From: Octopus vulgaris
Taxonomy: Eukaryota
Direction: 5' to 3'
Assembly (NCBI GenBank): GCA_951406725.2
Contig: OX597818.1
Span: 22,940,001 to 23,004,000, forward strand
Length of the DNA stretch: 64,000 bases
Shown: positions 1 through 14,435 of the stretch, piece after piece
Layout: each line of letters starts with the position of its first letter
Position numbering within the stretch: the stretch's first letter is position 1
Made by a program: the position numbers and the translations under genes
Notes under the pieces: model-generated
The model's input: only the letters and a program-made list of their open reading frames with translations
The model's database searches: none
Told to the model about the DNA's origin: nothing

Positions 1-448
1 GTAGTCGTCGTCGTCGTGATGATGACGGTGTCTCTACTGTTGTTCTTGTTCGGAATTGCTGTTCTGGTTGTTTCTTACCAAATCATCCTTGCCGAAACTA
101 AGTTCTCATGAAAGATGTTCCAGATATGAATATTTTCATTTCAGTCATATTCCACCCTGCTCTACAATACCCTTTTTTTTTCTGTTGCAGATGGCTGTGA
201 GTAATTTTAATTGAGATTTGGTTTCTATTTTTGGCAGGTCTAGAAGTAGGTTGCGTAAAGAGAGAGCACCCCCTCTCTCTTCTCATCTTGAGTGCTTAAA
301 TTTTGGGTGTTGTAGTTGCGATTGTTTATTACCGGTTCAGCCCTAACAGAGCAGTCATCTAATCAAAAGCGTTCCAGTTGTGACCATCCCACTTTTTTTT
401 CAAACATAATACATCTAGAATATAAGTCATCAGTGCAATAGAGTGGTT

Positions 449-766
449 TTCCTTTTTTTGTTTTTGTTTTTTCCTTCTTGAGCTATGCCTGGCTCATAAG
501 GGGCGGTTTCCCGGTTTCCTTGGCGTATAGGTTCCCCACCTGGACGGGGCGCCGATGCGTCGCAGGTGAGCTGCAAGATGCAGGAGGAAAGAGTGAGAGA
601 AAGTAGTGGCAAAAGAGTCAGCAGAAGTTCGCCATTACCTTCTGCCGGAGCCGCGTGGAGCTTATGTGTTTCATTCATAAACATACACATCGCCCGGTCT
701 GAGATTCGAACCCGCGATCCCTCAACCGTGAGTCTGCTGCTCTAACTACTAGGCCATGTGCCTCCA
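449..766 (-). mobile_element. tRNA-derived SINE with A-rich tail and 13-bp TSD
   Basis: Minus strand TGGCCTAGTAGTTAG / GGTTCGAATC boxes; CAATAGAGT(G/A)GTT at 436-448 and 767-779. Confidence 0.85.
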
Positions 767-1673
767 CAATAGAGTAGTTGGAAGGGGAGGAAGGGGATGA
801 TCCACCCAAGGCGACGCTTTTAAGGGGCAGCGCTTTTTGGGTCAGCTGTATAAGGTGTGTGTGTCGTGGGGAGCAAACTCAAAGGCTGCTCTGGGCGACA
901 CACATTCTACCTACGCACTGATCAAATGTGTTTTGTTGGTTCACCTCAGGTCTACCTCAGTTGCGAAAAACTTATGACTGAAGACGTTCTAGCCGTGGCC
1001 ATCTCATTTTCATTTTTGCAACAGCGATTTAGAACTGTGATACTCAGCGTCCTCCATGGAGAAGGGATGGCATGATTTGAGGGAGATTTGGTTACTGTTT
1101 CTAGCTGGTCATGCAGGACCTTCGAGAGAAATTTTACTAGCCGGAACCGCTTTTGAATCCCGAGGTGGAATTCTTCATTTTCAAGAATATTGGTCCCCCA
1201 TATATATATATATATACAACAAGAAAGTACGAAGCGTGAGTACATGGAACATGAACTATTCTTTCGAACAACGAAAAACACAAATGGAAAACAAAACAAA
1301 CGACATAAAGAGCGACCCTTCATTGGTTAGTGGCTGTTTTTCTAGTCTCGTAAACAAGCTTTGTTCCTTCGTTAACACAATACATGCAACATACAAATAT
1401 TTACACGTATAGATCCAAGATAAGTCAATTTTAAATCCCCTCTCGACAGCCACGTGTATATTATAAGAATAGCCTAGCAATAAATGCTATAATTATATAC
1501 ATGTTTATTATTATTAATTTTATATATATATAAATATATATATAATATATATGTTTATATATATATGTATGTTTATATATATACATGTTTAAATATATAT
1601 AAGTTTATATATATATCTTTATATCTATATATTTATATATATATATATTTATATTTATATATTTATATATACT

Positions 1674-1719
<46 letters not shown>

Positions 1720-2399
1720 TTGTATGTATGTATGTATATAACTGTATGTTTTTGTGTTTGTATATGTCTCCTACCACCGCTTTACATCCGGTATATGTTC
1801 CTTTACGTCTCCATAACTTAACGGTTCGACAAAAGAGACTGGTAAAAGAAGTACTAAGCTAAAAAAAAAAGTACTGGGATCGATTTGTTCGACTACCCGC
1901 TTCAAGGCTGTGCCCCACCATGTTTGCGGCCCAATGGCTGAAGCAAGGAAAATATAAAAGAAATAAAAGATAACTAAAAGTGTAATCATTACTGGCCACA
2001 GTACTTCTGTGTAAAGCAGTGTGAGACATATTGATGGGACAATGCAATGCCAATTGGAATGTGTGCAATGGAATGTGTGCAACGTCCGTCAGTGTCCGAC
2101 GAAATCCGGAAGTAGCTGATATTCACCCCGTTGTACATTTTCAGCTTTTTTCTTAGTTTTTTCTAGCAATTGATCGCGGATTTATAAAGTAATAAAGGCG
2201 AGGAACGAGACCGAATTCTTGTTTTCCTACATCTCTCAATTACAATTCTCAAAAGCGAATACAACACTGTGTGTGTGTGTATGTGTGTGTGTGTGTGTGT
2301 GTGTGTAAAATCCGCCAGTATGACTAAGTCTGCCACTGTGCATCTGTTTTAGCTTTAACAGAGCAATTCAGATAAAATATCTTACACAGCAGGTATATG

Positions 2400-2446
<47 letters not shown>

Positions 2447-3861
2447 ACGTGTACATATGTATGTATCTAGGTATACATATACGTATGTACAGGGCAGATT
2501 TCCATATACATACGTACATAAATATATGTATATACACGTACACACACACAAGTGCATGTATGTATGTATGTATGTATGTATGTATGTATGTATAGAAGTA
2601 AATGTGCATGCAGGAACAAGTAAATAAATAAAGCGGTAAAGTTATAAAAACAAAATGGTGTACGGAATGTTAAATATTTCAAGAAAAAAAAATGGAGGTG
2701 ACATTGATTTAGAGGGGAGAAATTGACAGGAAATAGACAGGCAAAAAGCAACGGAATGTAAATCGGTCGATTGATTTACGGGGAGAGTTGAATATATAAA
2801 TATATAATTAAGTAAGTAAATACATAAATAAAGGTAGGAAGGCTAGCCAGATATAATAGAATAAATAAATAAGACATAAAGAAAGGAGTTACAATCATAC
2901 GGTAGAAGCTGGTCGCGGCTGCAAGTTATACAAGAGAAATTGATTAAGGCTACATTCATACAAACACAAGTGGTTTACTGGATCAGGCCAACAATACTGC
3001 AACGTAGTTAAATAGTCTAACGTTTATTATACCAAGTAGCATTCTGCAAGGACTTCATTAAAGAATTATTATAATTGCATTCAAATCAGCTTTTAAAAAA
3101 TCAACATTCTGATTATCACGAAATGCAGAATTAGCTTCATTAGTTCGACATTGAATGTTTTGAAGTGCAATAATGGCTGCTGGCAAAAGAACATATTTGA
3201 ACTGTTATAATTTGGCGAGTTACAAATTGAATTTAATCTTTTATCTTTTACTTGTTTCAGTCATTGGACTGCGGCCATACTGGAACACCATCTTGAAAAG
3301 TTTACTCGAACAGATCGCTCCCGGTACTTTCTTATTTTTATTTTCCTAAAATTTTCTTTGCGAAATAAGTGGAAATTTTTACCGGTGAGTGTCTTACATT
3401 ATAAGGCACACAAAAAAAAGACGACTCTCCCCAGACACAACAGAATCCTGTATTTAGTTTCACGATATTTATTTTCATATTAATATCAATGTATCTTTAA
3501 CCATACGATTAACTTGCCATACAATTTTAGCCGTAACCGCTAAATTGCAGAGAAATTATACATTAAAAATAATAACACAGTAACGTTATTTTTATTTTAG
3601 GTTTCATGGAAATCTTCTTTCATTTGATCCGTTTTCATATTCTCATTACAAGTTCTGGTTTGGTCTTTTTACCTGGTAGCATTGATGGTTGTGGTGACTA
3701 AGCTTGCTCTCTTTCACGAGTAAATCATTGTCTAGTTTTGAATTTGTTTTAAAGCATCTCCTTATTAAATGCTGAATATTAAAATCGCTTGTGCTTCATT
3801 CTTGGCAACATCATCAGATGAGTGTTTATCCATATCCATTCTATTGAACTTACATTTGACC

Positions 3862-4110
3862 CAGTGGTTCTCAACTATCTTTTGCTTATGGGCCACTTTG
3901 ATTCCTATTTTACTCAGTAGGTGGAACTCAGCCATTCGATGTCTAAAACAATCCTTATAATTTTTATGAGTAAATATTATTAGGAATTGTGTTAAAAATT
4001 GTTTAAATATTTTGTGTATTGTAGAAATGTAACCAGCTTAAATTTTAACAAAAAAAATATATATATATAAACGCTACAGTAGTCATATAGACCCCATTTG
4101 AGAACCACTG
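3862..4110. mobile_element. hAT (Charlie-like) MITE
   Basis: TIRs CAGTGGTTCTCAA / TTGAGAACCACTG; imperfect 8-bp TSD ATTTGACC / ATTAAACC. Confidence 0.85.
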
Positions 4111-4781
4111 ATTAAACCGGAGTTATAGGCCCTGGGTAGTTTTTTTTTTATTGAAGGACAAAAGAGTGAGGGAAAGAGAAAGAGAGAGAGAAAGACGGAG
4201 GAAGGAAGAGAGAGAGAAACGGAGGGAGGAACAGAGAGAGAAAGGGTGAGAGAGGGAGGGAGAAGAAAGAAAGAGAAACAAGGGATAGATAGGATGAGAA
4301 AGTGAGAGACTGAGAGAGGGAGATTGATGGAGAATGAGAGATTTCTGTCTAGGACAAGGTCAGCTCTTATTAAATGAACCTTTGATGAGAAAAAAATGAA
4401 TTCCATTCAAGACCAGCTGTAAGGACAGGTATGGCTGTGTGGTTAAGAAGTTTGTTTCGCAACCGCGTGGTTTGGGTTTCAGCCCCACTGAGCAGTACGT
4501 TGAGCAAGTATCTTCTACTATAAATTCGCTCATAAGGCATTACTGGCCGGGGGCTAGAGTAGAGGACACTTGCCCAAGGTGTCGCGCAGTGGCATTATAA
4601 CATTTTCTAGAATTGTGTGGATTATTGAATTAGTCATTTGAATATTTGAAATAACAATGATCTTTTGTCTTTTTGTTCTGCAAATCCCCGCATTGGTGCG
4701 CGTGCGTGTATATAGACATACATATATACATATACACATACATACATACATATATACATACATACACACACACATGAATGT

Positions 4782-4859
<78 letters not shown>

Positions 4860-4928
4860 GTATGTATATAAGGAGAATTCACACGAAACAAAGTGGAAAA
4901 ATAGTACCCGAATACCAGAGGTAGAGTA

Positions 4929-5100
4929 ATATGCTTTATTAAAAAGCAGCAAAAAGATCACAAAAACTGATACTCGGAGTTTCACGTTCCCGTTCGTCGG
5001 AGAGTTTTGTTTAAAATTCTAAACAAAACTGTCCGACGGACGGGAGCGTGAAACTCTGAGTAACAGTTTTTGTGATATTTTTGCTGCTTTTTAATAAAGC

Positions 5101-5104
<4 letters not shown>
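4929..5104. repeat. ~88-bp-arm palindrome (Penelope-type inverted terminal repeat)
   Basis: Left and right halves are reverse complements around 5016/5017 with a few mismatches; flanked by TA/TG microsatellite. Confidence 0.9.
5025..5070 (+). ncRNA. Minimal hammerhead-like fold, variant core, in a palindrome arm
   Basis: AAAACTGT-CCGACGG-ACG-ggag-CGT-GAAA-CTC-t-GAG-TA-ACAGTTTT; the mirror copy on the minus strand (4963-5008) has core CCGACGA. Confidence 0.62.
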
Positions 5105-5175
<71 letters not shown>

Positions 5176-5225
5176 TGTGTGTATGTATATATATGTGTGT
5201 ATATATGTATATATGTGTGTGTATG

Positions 5226-5261
<36 letters not shown>

Positions 5262-5564
5262 CGTATGTATGTATATATGTATGTATGTATGTATGTATAT
5301 ATATATATATATGTATGTATATATATATATATATGTATGTTTGTATGTATGTATATATATATATATATGTAGGTATATATGTATATATATATATGTATAT
5401 ATGTATATATACATGCATATAAGTATATGTATATGTATATATGTTTATATGTGTGTATATATATATATGTATGTATGTATATATGTATATATGTAAATAT
5501 GTATATGTGTGTGTGTATGTGTGTGTGTGTGTATGTATATATATATATACAGTATGTATGTATG

Positions 5565-5609
<45 letters not shown>

Positions 5610-5639
5610 CATTATGAAATATCAGCAAAAAAAATAAAT

Positions 5640-6130
5640 GGTAAAAATTCTTAGAGAATGGCGAAGCAACCATACTCTGGAATATACTAATCGACAAAAT
5701 ATTCCCAAGGAAAACCAGGAAAGGAAAAATATCAGTCACAACCGACAATGCATCTGCAAAAACAAAAACAAATAAATGAATAAATAAAATAAATGTACAA
5801 TAAAAAATAAAAATGAATAGAAAAAAAAATTATCCTCATATTAAGATCTGCAAATAGAGATAAGCAGAATGCTGGGCTTGGCAACAGATACAATGTCTAT
5901 AATGGCTGGTTCCTTGAGAATGATGAAAAAAACTGACATGTAAGATACGTATATACAAAACAGAAAAATAGGAAATGATTTTTTCTAGACGTTGCTCTCA
6001 TATGACGCTGAGTTGTGTCTCGTAGAACTATTTTCTGTGTTTATAAAAAAAGATGAAAAATACAATTTCTGCATGAACCCAATGACACAGAGCCGCGAAC
6101 AGTTATGCACGCAATAAAAATAAGAGTACG
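5640..6130 (+). mobile_element. Decayed R4/Dong-like 3' fragment adjacent to (AAT)n array
   Basis: [13 protein letters not shown] at ~5653 and TMSIMAGSLRMMKK at ~5890 resemble the ENxxxxILWD and PVIVGALG segments; weak. Confidence 0.45.
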
Positions 6131-6133
6131 GAA

Positions 6134-6894
<761 letters not shown>

Positions 6895-8264
6895 TTAATG
6901 GTGATGATGAAGAAATAGTGTTATATTAGCTGTGCAGTCTATTTAGTATCCTAGCAGAAGTGTGTTTGTATGGTGACCAATCACTGAATCACATTGGAAT
7001 CAAAAGACTTTTAGATTTTTCATTGATCAGCCATTGGATGACTCAGCATATTCTAGCAGACAATAACGCGTGTATGGGTATATGTTCGATATTTGTGTGT
7101 GCGTGACAGTGTGTGAGTGTGTGAATGTGTGTGTGTGTATGTATATGTGCGTGTGTGTGTGTGTGTGTGTGTATGTGTGTGTGTGTGTATGTGTATGTAT
7201 ATTTGTAGGTAGTTGGTTTCTGTACATGTGCGTATTTTGCTAATTGTTTGCGGTGTTTGTGCGACGCGTTATGTGTGAGTCCGTGCGGTCGGTGAGTGCG
7301 TTTGTGGTGTGTGTGTGTGTGTGTGTGTGTATTTGTGTGTTTGGTATGTATATGAGTGTGTGTGTGTATTTGTGCGTGTGTGTATTTGGTATATGTGTGT
7401 ATTTATGTGTGTGTATGGTATGTGTATGTGTGCGTGTGTATGTGTGTCTGTACGTGCGTGTATTTGTGTGTAGCTGATTCTGAGTATGTACGTATTTTGC
7501 TATTTGTGTGCGGTGGTTGTATGATGTGTCAGTCGGTATATGTATGTGTGTCTGTGTGTGCGCGCGCGCATGTGTGTGTACGCGCGCGCATGTGTGTGTG
7601 TGCGTGTGTGTATGAGTGTGTGTGTTTGAATGTGTGAATATATGTTAGTATGTGTAAAGTCTTGTTCATACTCCAGCTGAGAAAAAGGATCTATGTGTGT
7701 ATATGTAAGTGTGTGTAATTGGTTGTATGGGTGTATAATTGGATGTGTATATGTGTGTGTGTGCATGTGTGAGTACGTCTGTATGTTTTTCAATGTGTGA
7801 ATGTCTGTTAGTATGTGTAAAGTTTTGTTTATACTCCAGTAAAGAAAAAGATCATTTGTGTGTCATTAGATGTGTGTGTATATACGTGTGTTGTAGTGTT
7901 GTATGTATGTATGTATGTATGTATGTGTGTGTGAGTTTGTCTATGTGCTTAGGTGTTTTCCCTTGATTTCCTGTGTACCGAAGTATGTATGCAGGTACCT
8001 GTATAGGCATATATACATACAAAGATAAATACATAATGTATATACATATATAGATATACAAATAAATAAATATATATATATACACACACACACTCTCATT
8101 TATATATATTCTTTTATTCTTTTATTCTTTTACTTGTTTCAGTCATTTGACTGCGGCCATGCTGGTGCACCACCTTTAGTCGAGCAAATCGACCCCGGGA
8201 CTTATTCTTTTGTAAGCCCAGTACTTATTCTATCGGTCTCTTTTGCCGAACCGCTAAGTGACGG

Positions 8265-8310
<46 letters not shown>

Positions 8311-8562
8311 CTATATACGTGTGCATGCGCGCGCGCGAATATTTTATAGGTGTATTTATGGTGTGTATGCGTGTATATGTTTATGTATGTGCGTGTGTAT
8401 ATGTGTTTGATTGCTTTGAAAATGTATGTGAATGTGTGTTTATTTGAATGCCTCAAGTCTGGGTCAGTTTAAATCCGCCCGTTTCGATGACTGGTGTCTG
8501 TATATAATGTAATAAGTTTGCGTGTATACGTGTATGTATGTGTATGTATGTGTATGTGTATG

Positions 8563-8609
<47 letters not shown>

Positions 8610-9536
8610 AGTAATGTGCGTCTAGTTGATTATGCATTTGTTTTCTGTGTTATTGGGTATATGATTGTGACGTGTGAGTCTATTCTCTTGTGTGTATGCG
8701 TGTGCGTATTGCTGTTTGTGTGTATTTGTGTCTTTTGCTATGTCATTGTGTGGTTGTGGATATGTGAGGCGGTGTGGTCTGTGCGTGTGTGTGTGTATGT
8801 GTGTGTGCGTGTCTGTCTATGTTGCGTGAGCAATTGCTTATGTACATGCATTTTGCTATATGTGGTTGTGTTGTGGCGTGTACATGTGTGTGTTTTTGTG
8901 TGCGTATAGGGTGTGAGTGTGTATGTGTGTGTGTGTGTGTGTGTGAATGTATGTCTGTGTGTATATAGATGACTGTCTGTGTGTGTATGTGTGTCTGTAT
9001 GTATATAGATGACTGTCTGTGTGTGTGTGTGTGCGTGTGGTGTGTGTATCTATGTATGTGTGTAGTTGTGTAGTTGTGTGAGTCAGTATGGTGCGCGCGC
9101 GTGTGAGTATAATCGAACATGTGTGTGTGTGTGCACGCATGTGTGTGTGCACGCATGTGTGTGTGTGTGTGTGCTTGTGTGCGTGTATGTGTGTATACTA
9201 AATTGAATTATATTCGTGATGGTGGCGGTAGTAGTTGTGTTTCTAAGTAAGTGGTTCCCATTGTTGTACATTTAAATGCTTGCTGAGGATTGTGGAGGTG
9301 TTTGGAGTGGTGATGTTTACAGTAACGATGTTGTTGTTTAGCCATAGGGTAATCGTGATCGAGAAGACCTATGATTATAGACATTCCAGCCATGACCAGT
9401 CCACTTTTTGAGATTTATCTATAATTGCATTCTCCAATGTGTCCTTTCCTTTTATTTAAAGGTGTGATTTCGTGAGCATTTTGTTATTATTTCTAGTATG
9501 TCGAGCAACAGTGTGGAGGCTCCTTGTTGATTTATT

Positions 9537-9926
9537 AGGAGGTGGTGTTTGTGATGGTGGTGGTGGTGGTGGTGGTATTGGTGGCGGTGCTAGTTACATG
9601 GCGGTGGTGTTGTGGAAGTGGTGGTGATGGTGGTAATAGTGACGATGATGGTGGAGGTGGAGGTGATGGTGGCGGTGGTGTTTTTTGACGGTGGTTGTGG
9701 TAGTGGCGATAATAATGGTAGTGGTGTTTGTAGGGATGGTGGTGCTGATTTTTGTGGTAGTGGTGGTGGTTGTGGTTGTGGTGTTGGTATTTTTTTGTGA
9801 TGATACTACTATTGGTGGTGCTGCTCATATCTTGGTAGTGCCAGTGGATGGTACTTGGACTGATGGTGGTAGCAGCATGAGGTGTTTGCGGTGGTGGTGG
9901 TGGTGGTGGTGGTGGTGGTGATGGTG

Positions 9927-9960
<34 letters not shown>

Positions 9961-10060
9961 TGGTAATGATAGTAGTTTCAATAGTATTTCTTGTGGTATT
10001 CATGGTGCTATTGGTATTGGCAGTGGTAGTGCTGGTGCTTGCAGTGCAGGTGGATTTTGC
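9537..10060. repeat. Degenerate (GGT)n low-complexity tract
   Basis: Directly visible; a complementary-type (CAC)n tract lies at ~30320-30930. Confidence 0.9.
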
Positions 10061-10266
10061 TGTTGTGGTGCAGTTTGTTATTTCACTCCCCATTTAATAA
10101 TGGTGCGATAACAAATGCTTGCTTATGTGTGTCTGTGTGTATGTGTATGCATGCAAGTTTGTTTTGTTCAGCAGTCGTAATTGCTGTCGCCTTTGTTGTT
10201 GTTGTTGTTATTTGCGTACCTTAATGAGTGGATACCACGAAAACATCTGCTATATTTCTCTATATT

Positions 10267-10302
<36 letters not shown>

Positions 10303-10305
<3 letters not shown>

Positions 10306-10707
10306 TCTTTTACTCTTTTACTTGTTTCAGTCATTTGACTGCGGCCATGCTGGAGCACCGCCTTTAATCGAGCAACTCGACCCCCGGGACTTATTCTTTT
10401 GTAAGCCCAGTACTTATTCTATCAGTCTCTTTTGCCGAACCGCTAAGTAACGGGGACATAAACACACCAGCATCGGTTGTCAAGCAATGCTAGGGGACAA
10501 ACACAGACACACAAACACACACACGCATATATATATATACACATATATACGACGGGCTTCTTTCAGTTTCCGTCTACCAAATCCACTCACAAGGCTTTGG
10601 TCGGCCCGAGGCTATAGTAGAAGACACTTGCCCACGGTGCCACGCTGTGGGAGTGAACCCGAAACCATGTGGTTGGTAGACAAGCTACTTACCACACAGC
10701 CACTCCT
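10303..10707 (-). mobile_element. SINE family A copy
   Basis: Reverse complement of the 47250-47670 family. Confidence 0.88.
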
Positions 10708-10730
10708 ATATATATATATATATATATATA

Positions 10731-10950
10731 TATTTCTTTATTGCCCACAAGGGGGCTAAACATAGAGAGGACAAACAAGGACAGACAAAGGGACTAAGTC
10801 GATTACATCGACACCAGTGCGAAACTGGTACTTTATCTATCGACCCCGAAAGGATGAAATTTGACCTCGGCGGAATTTGAACTCGGAGCGTAACGGCAGA
10901 CGAAATACGGCTACGCATTTCGCCCAGCGTGCTAACGTTTCTGACAGCTC
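10731..10950 (-). mobile_element. SINE family B copy with Tx1-like tail
   Basis: Reverse complement of ~59530-59755. Other B copies at ~15057-15185, 20525-20670, 23692-23880(-), 36415-36618, 54745-54933(-). Confidence 0.87.
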
Positions 10951-10957
10951 ATATATA

Positions 10958-11048
<91 letters not shown>

Positions 11049-11120
11049 GGTGGTAGTGGTGGTGTTTGGTGCTAACTAGAGGCAAGAGTGATGGTTGGAT
11101 GATTTATTCTTATAAGAATA

Positions 11121-11445
11121 TGAAGGCGCGTCGCTTAGTGGTTAGCGTATTAGGCTCGCGATCGTGGCGTTACAAGTTCGATTCCCGGCGGCGCGTTGTG
11201 TCCTTGAGCAAGACACTTTATTTCACGTTATTCCAGTCCACTCAGCTGGCAAAAATTGGGTAGTACCTGAATTTCAAGAGGCCGGCCTTGTCACACTGTG
11301 TGTCACGCTGAATCTCCCTGAGAAGTATGTGAAGGGACACCACGTGTCTGTGTAGTGCTCAGCCACTTGCACGTTAATCTCACGAGCAAGCTGTTCCGTA
11401 GATCAGATCAACTGGAACCCTCGTCGTCGCCAGCGACGAAGTGCC
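11121..11445 (+). mobile_element. SINE family C copy
   Basis: Colinear with 55541-55864. Confidence 0.88.
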
Positions 11446-11747
11446 AGTATATTTGTATATAAATGTACGCGTGTATTTATGTATTACCTATATTCTATAT
11501 ATGTATTTATGCGTGTATATACGTATCGTATTTATGTATATATGCATGCATGTATGTATATACATACACGTATATATTTATGCATGTATGTATATACATA
11601 CAGACACACACACATATGTATATGTATGTATGCATGTATGTGTGTATACACAGACACACACATATATATATACATTCATACATTTTTAAATTCTTTTATA
11701 ATTGCTTTTTCGATTTCTATTCTGTATTTGTAGATTTGCATCAGTTT

Positions 11748-11820
<73 letters not shown>

Positions 11821-12002
11821 TGTGTATTTGAGTGTGTGTGTGTGCACGCGTGTTTGTGCAACAGTGTGTACATTTATTTTTGTGTGAATTTTATTTTTAT
11901 TGGAAGATGTAAGTGGCTGCGGTGTAATGATTGCTATTGAAGTGGCTGTTGTTGTTGCTTCAATAGTAATGGTTGTTTTGGTCGCTCTAATGATTATAGT
12001 AC

Positions 12003-12072
<70 letters not shown>

Positions 12073-12621
12073 TGTTGTTGTTGTTGTTGTTAAAGTGGTT
12101 ATATTTACGTTCGTAGTTGGCTTTGTAGGAATGGAAGTGATGACAGTCCAATTGTTCAAGCTATTGTGGTTGTGATTATAGTTGTGGTAATGGCCACCCT
12201 TGTAGTTATTGTGATGTTTATGGTTAATTTAGTCATTATATTTCTTTAGCAAAGAAGTAAAGCTATTTCTTGGGAATACAGTAGAACAGAGGAATTGGTC
12301 AATGATTAGCAGGTGGGTGTAAATGCAGCATTGTAAACAACGTGCTATCGGCGAGATTGGTCCTCTGCTATTTCTTCGACACAAAGTACAAAGACATGTT
12401 ATTTGTGTTTGATCCCTTACACTGATTGACGCATGGAAATCCATTCGATGGGTCTCAATGTTAGGTGCATACTGCGGCAACAAAACAACAATAAGAGCCT
12501 TTATGGGTCAAAAGCCATGCTATTTGATAACAATCAGATGTGTCCGATTTTTCATCAGCAAGTTTCTGAAGTACAATAATAAATCTCTGAACGAGATGTA
12601 AACAGTAACCGCTCGACAACG

Positions 12622-12947
12622 TAAAGTATACTAGCCATCTCAATATGGCTAACCGCTAAGGGTGGGTGTTACTGTAGCTTTTAGCCCCAGGAGATCATCG
12701 TCTCCAGCTGGCATTAGGCACACTTTCTGTACGACGTACAACGTTGACAAGAGGCAAATTACCTCGAAACTGCAGTCCGTGCGTATCGCTTAGGTTTACG
12801 AGAGAGGGATGACCTTCCTTTGCAAATAACATAAGGGCACAGAAAGTGTGCCTAAAGCCAGCTGGAGACGATGATCTCCTGGGGTTAAAAGCTACAGTAA
12901 CACCCACCCTTAGTGGTTAGCCATATTGAGATGGCTAGTATACTTTA
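12622..12947. mobile_element. Fold-back element/MITE with 109-bp inverted arms
   Basis: 12622-12730 is the reverse complement of 12839-12947 with 3 mismatches; 108-bp spacer; TA at both outer ends. Confidence 0.85.
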
Positions 12948-13533
12948 AGTTTCTGAAGAGCTTGTGATAAACAACGGACTGGAAACGGTGGACTTTAATA
13001 CTTACCGTGACTCGTGGTCGAAATTGCATTGCGCTCCGAATAACTAATTTCAGCAGATATGATGCACGTTTTGAGCTATTATGCAAGGAAAAAAATCGTC
13101 AGTACTCGGTGGGTTACCCTACGATATTTATTACTACATGCCAGATTTGATATCTACTGTGTTGGTAGCAGATTAAGAGCATTCAGAGTTGTGTAAGCCG
13201 GGCTGTAATGCTGTTGTCGAAGGAACCAAGCGAAGCGTACGCAGTAGTTTCAGATGTGGGCCACATAACAAACTAACAATTCTCCCTGTTTCTCTTCACC
13301 TTTGATTAGAGAATTTTGTTTGCAGTATCAGCAATATCAAATGGTTTAAATAAAAAGTTCAGTCTTTTATTCTTACCACTATTTCATTTACTTCTCACTG
13401 TGTTGCGGTGGTCTAGCAAATATCTTTTCTGTTCTCCAATGCTTCAAACGAACTATAACACAGTTATACACACACATATGCTCATACATGCGTACTTACG
13501 CACACACACGCGCGCGCCCAAACACTCACACAT

Positions 13534-13601
<68 letters not shown>

Positions 13602-14231
13602 GCACACACACACACACGAACATATGCACACATGAATGTTTAAGCACATACATATGTCTATGTATACGCGCACGCACAGAAACACACACACACGCACACA
13701 CACACTTACACACACACCACACACATCCACACAAATATTTCGTTTAAAATATAAATCGTATTCATGCTTTTGATACAAACAACAAAGTACTCAAAGCAAA
13801 ATGAATTACAATATGAAATAATTTTTAGAGCGTAACATTTAAGAAATCTGAACGAAACCAATGACCCGGAAAATTAGATTTCAAATCTCTTATACTCGAT
13901 TAATATCAGTAGCTGAGTGAATAAACTTCATCCCACGAAAAATCGATGTCCAAAAACATTTGAAAGTTCTGAGTTCTGAGTAGGAACGTAGCGGTTTGCA
14001 ATATTATATTTTAATACTTCTGTCAAAAGCAAAGATAAGTGATTTCCAAAATATCACTTAATTCGCTCAGCATTACTTCAAAGGAGACCGCTTAACAGTG
14101 TACCTGTCTCCAGAATTGGGAGATGGGTTGAGTAAAGGATTAATAGCCTCTTTGTATAAAAAATACTGATATTTTACTGGAAACGTCCCATGAGATACCG
14201 ATATGCATTACAGAATAGAAATACTGAAGCC

Positions 14232-14311
<80 letters not shown>

Positions 14312-14360
14312 GTCTGTCTGTCTGAGTGTCTGTCTGTCTATCTGTATGTTTGTCTAAACA

Positions 14361-14435
<75 letters not shown>

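Noticed and set aside
431-920. Possible MITE (CAGTGC...GCACTG) hosting the SINE at 449-766
   Set aside because: Only ~6-8 bp of terminal complementarity and no clear TSD.
9535-10224. Pro/Thr/His- or Val-rich ORFs resembling low-complexity proteins
   Set aside because: Degenerate (GGT)n DNA with no splice or domain evidence.
12998-13300. Possible minus-strand exon ending at a GGTAAGTA donor
   Set aside because: No supported acceptor or frame; the plus strand weakly resembles a decayed hAT transposase end (RFELLCKEK), too weak to call either way.
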